A DNA stretch of 63,938 bases, counting the filler, from Folioceros fuciformis (taxonomy: Eukaryota), in the NCBI GenBank assembly GCA_049999805.1. It is 11 parts of 11 records of this genome, joined end to end, with 100 filler letters (N's around TTAATTAATTAA, not from the genome) between each part and the next. Parts side by side here need not be neighbours in the genome. Positions count along the whole stretch, not along the records: positions 62,410 to 63,938 come from JBNGIO010002031.1; 10 more parts are not named here. One strand, written 5' to 3'. A program made the translations under genes and the position numbers. Within the stretch, counting starts at the first letter, position 1; each line of letters starts with the position of its first letter. The notes beneath the pieces are model-generated. The model saw only the letters and a program-made list of their open reading frames with translations. It ran no database searches and was not told where the DNA came from. This document shows positions 62,965 to 63,938 of the stretch, one piece after another.

Positions 62965-63938
62965 CAAGTTCATATCACACCAAGAAGAACACAATACAAG
63001 TGGAAGTAAGGAGTTGTAGGAGCTAACCTTATGCTAGATTTTAAAGAGTTAAGATAGCAAGCAAGCAACACCACTGCTGATTACCAGCTAAAGTTAGGCC
63101 TGAAAATGATATTTCCTATGGCAAAAACAGTATCAACTAGAAGGCCTCCTTCTTATCGAGCCCTAGCCCCTAGCGTGCCTATATTGTCCTTAATTAATAT
63201 TACCATGCTAAAATCCAAACCTAATTTTAAGCTGACCCTACAAACCTTAAACCTTGACCAGACCTACAACCACTCTAGTGACCATAGCAACTATCTCGTG
63301 GTCAATTAGCTTAACTAGCAGAAATCAAAATAGAAAAATAATAAGAAAATAAAAATAGAGAAAAAAACTTTTACTAAGCAGCATCTAGCTGCTTAGTAAA
63401 GGTCGCATTAGAAAGCACCTTGAAACCCCATCCATGCTTAGCTCCTAGAATGGAATCTTTCCTCTTGTGTTTGGAGTAATCTTGTTTGAGGAGAGTGCTT
63501 CACTGCTCAAGGGTGCGATTTCTAGACCACTAGTCCCACTGTCTAGGAATGCCTCTCAATCTATAGGAGCATGTCATATAACATCATGCAGGCTACTCTT
63601 GAACATGAAGCCCATTTTTGGCCACATGTGGCATGGTAGGAGTATGCTCACTATGGTCCCAACTCCCAGCATACTCAGGATAGTTTGAGTGTTAAAGGCC
63701 ACCCGCAACACCATGTAGTCCAATGCTCACCTCACACGACACATATCTTCATTGCCAATTCTTTGGCCCCCTTGCCAGGGTATCTTAAGGCTTTCGTATC
63801 ACAACAAGCTTAGCCATAATTTGTACAAAGAGAAGGGTTACTAAGAGAGCAGCACTTGGATCCAACTAGAAAATAAGTTTGAATATCATAAACACACACA
63901 CATGTGAAATGCAACTTAGCATTTATGATATAGCACCA

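Overview
Eukaryotic (land-plant) nuclear DNA made of 11 contigs joined by ten artificial 100-nt spacers (N44-TTAATTAATTAA-N44). Short GT-AG introns (mostly 75-200 nt), dense gene spacing and a PLS-class PPR gene with a 'WW-type' PG box (PGQSWWTD) point to a hornwort or another seed-free plant (inference). Host genes: NMCP1/CRWN-type nuclear lamina protein, LEA D-34/SMP protein, GT61-type glycosyltransferase, PHP-domain phosphoesterase, a small GON7-like ORF head-to-head with proteasome alpha-6 (PAA), DCN1, an intronless SDH-less lysine-ketoglutarate reductase in an AT-rich island, a WD40 protein, a PPR editing-factor gene split by one TAA, and the 5' part of a GT-2 trihelix factor. Roughly 40% of the window is nested, decayed Ty1/Copia and other LTR-retrotransposon DNA. 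The most unusual observations are the stand-alone intronless LKR in its AT-rich island, an extra 190-codon ORF between PBS and gag in a Copia element, two same-family 5' LTRs back-to-back 24 bp apart forming a ~630-bp hairpin, and the nonsense-split WW-type PPR gene. All calls are by-eye motif recognition; no database searches were run.
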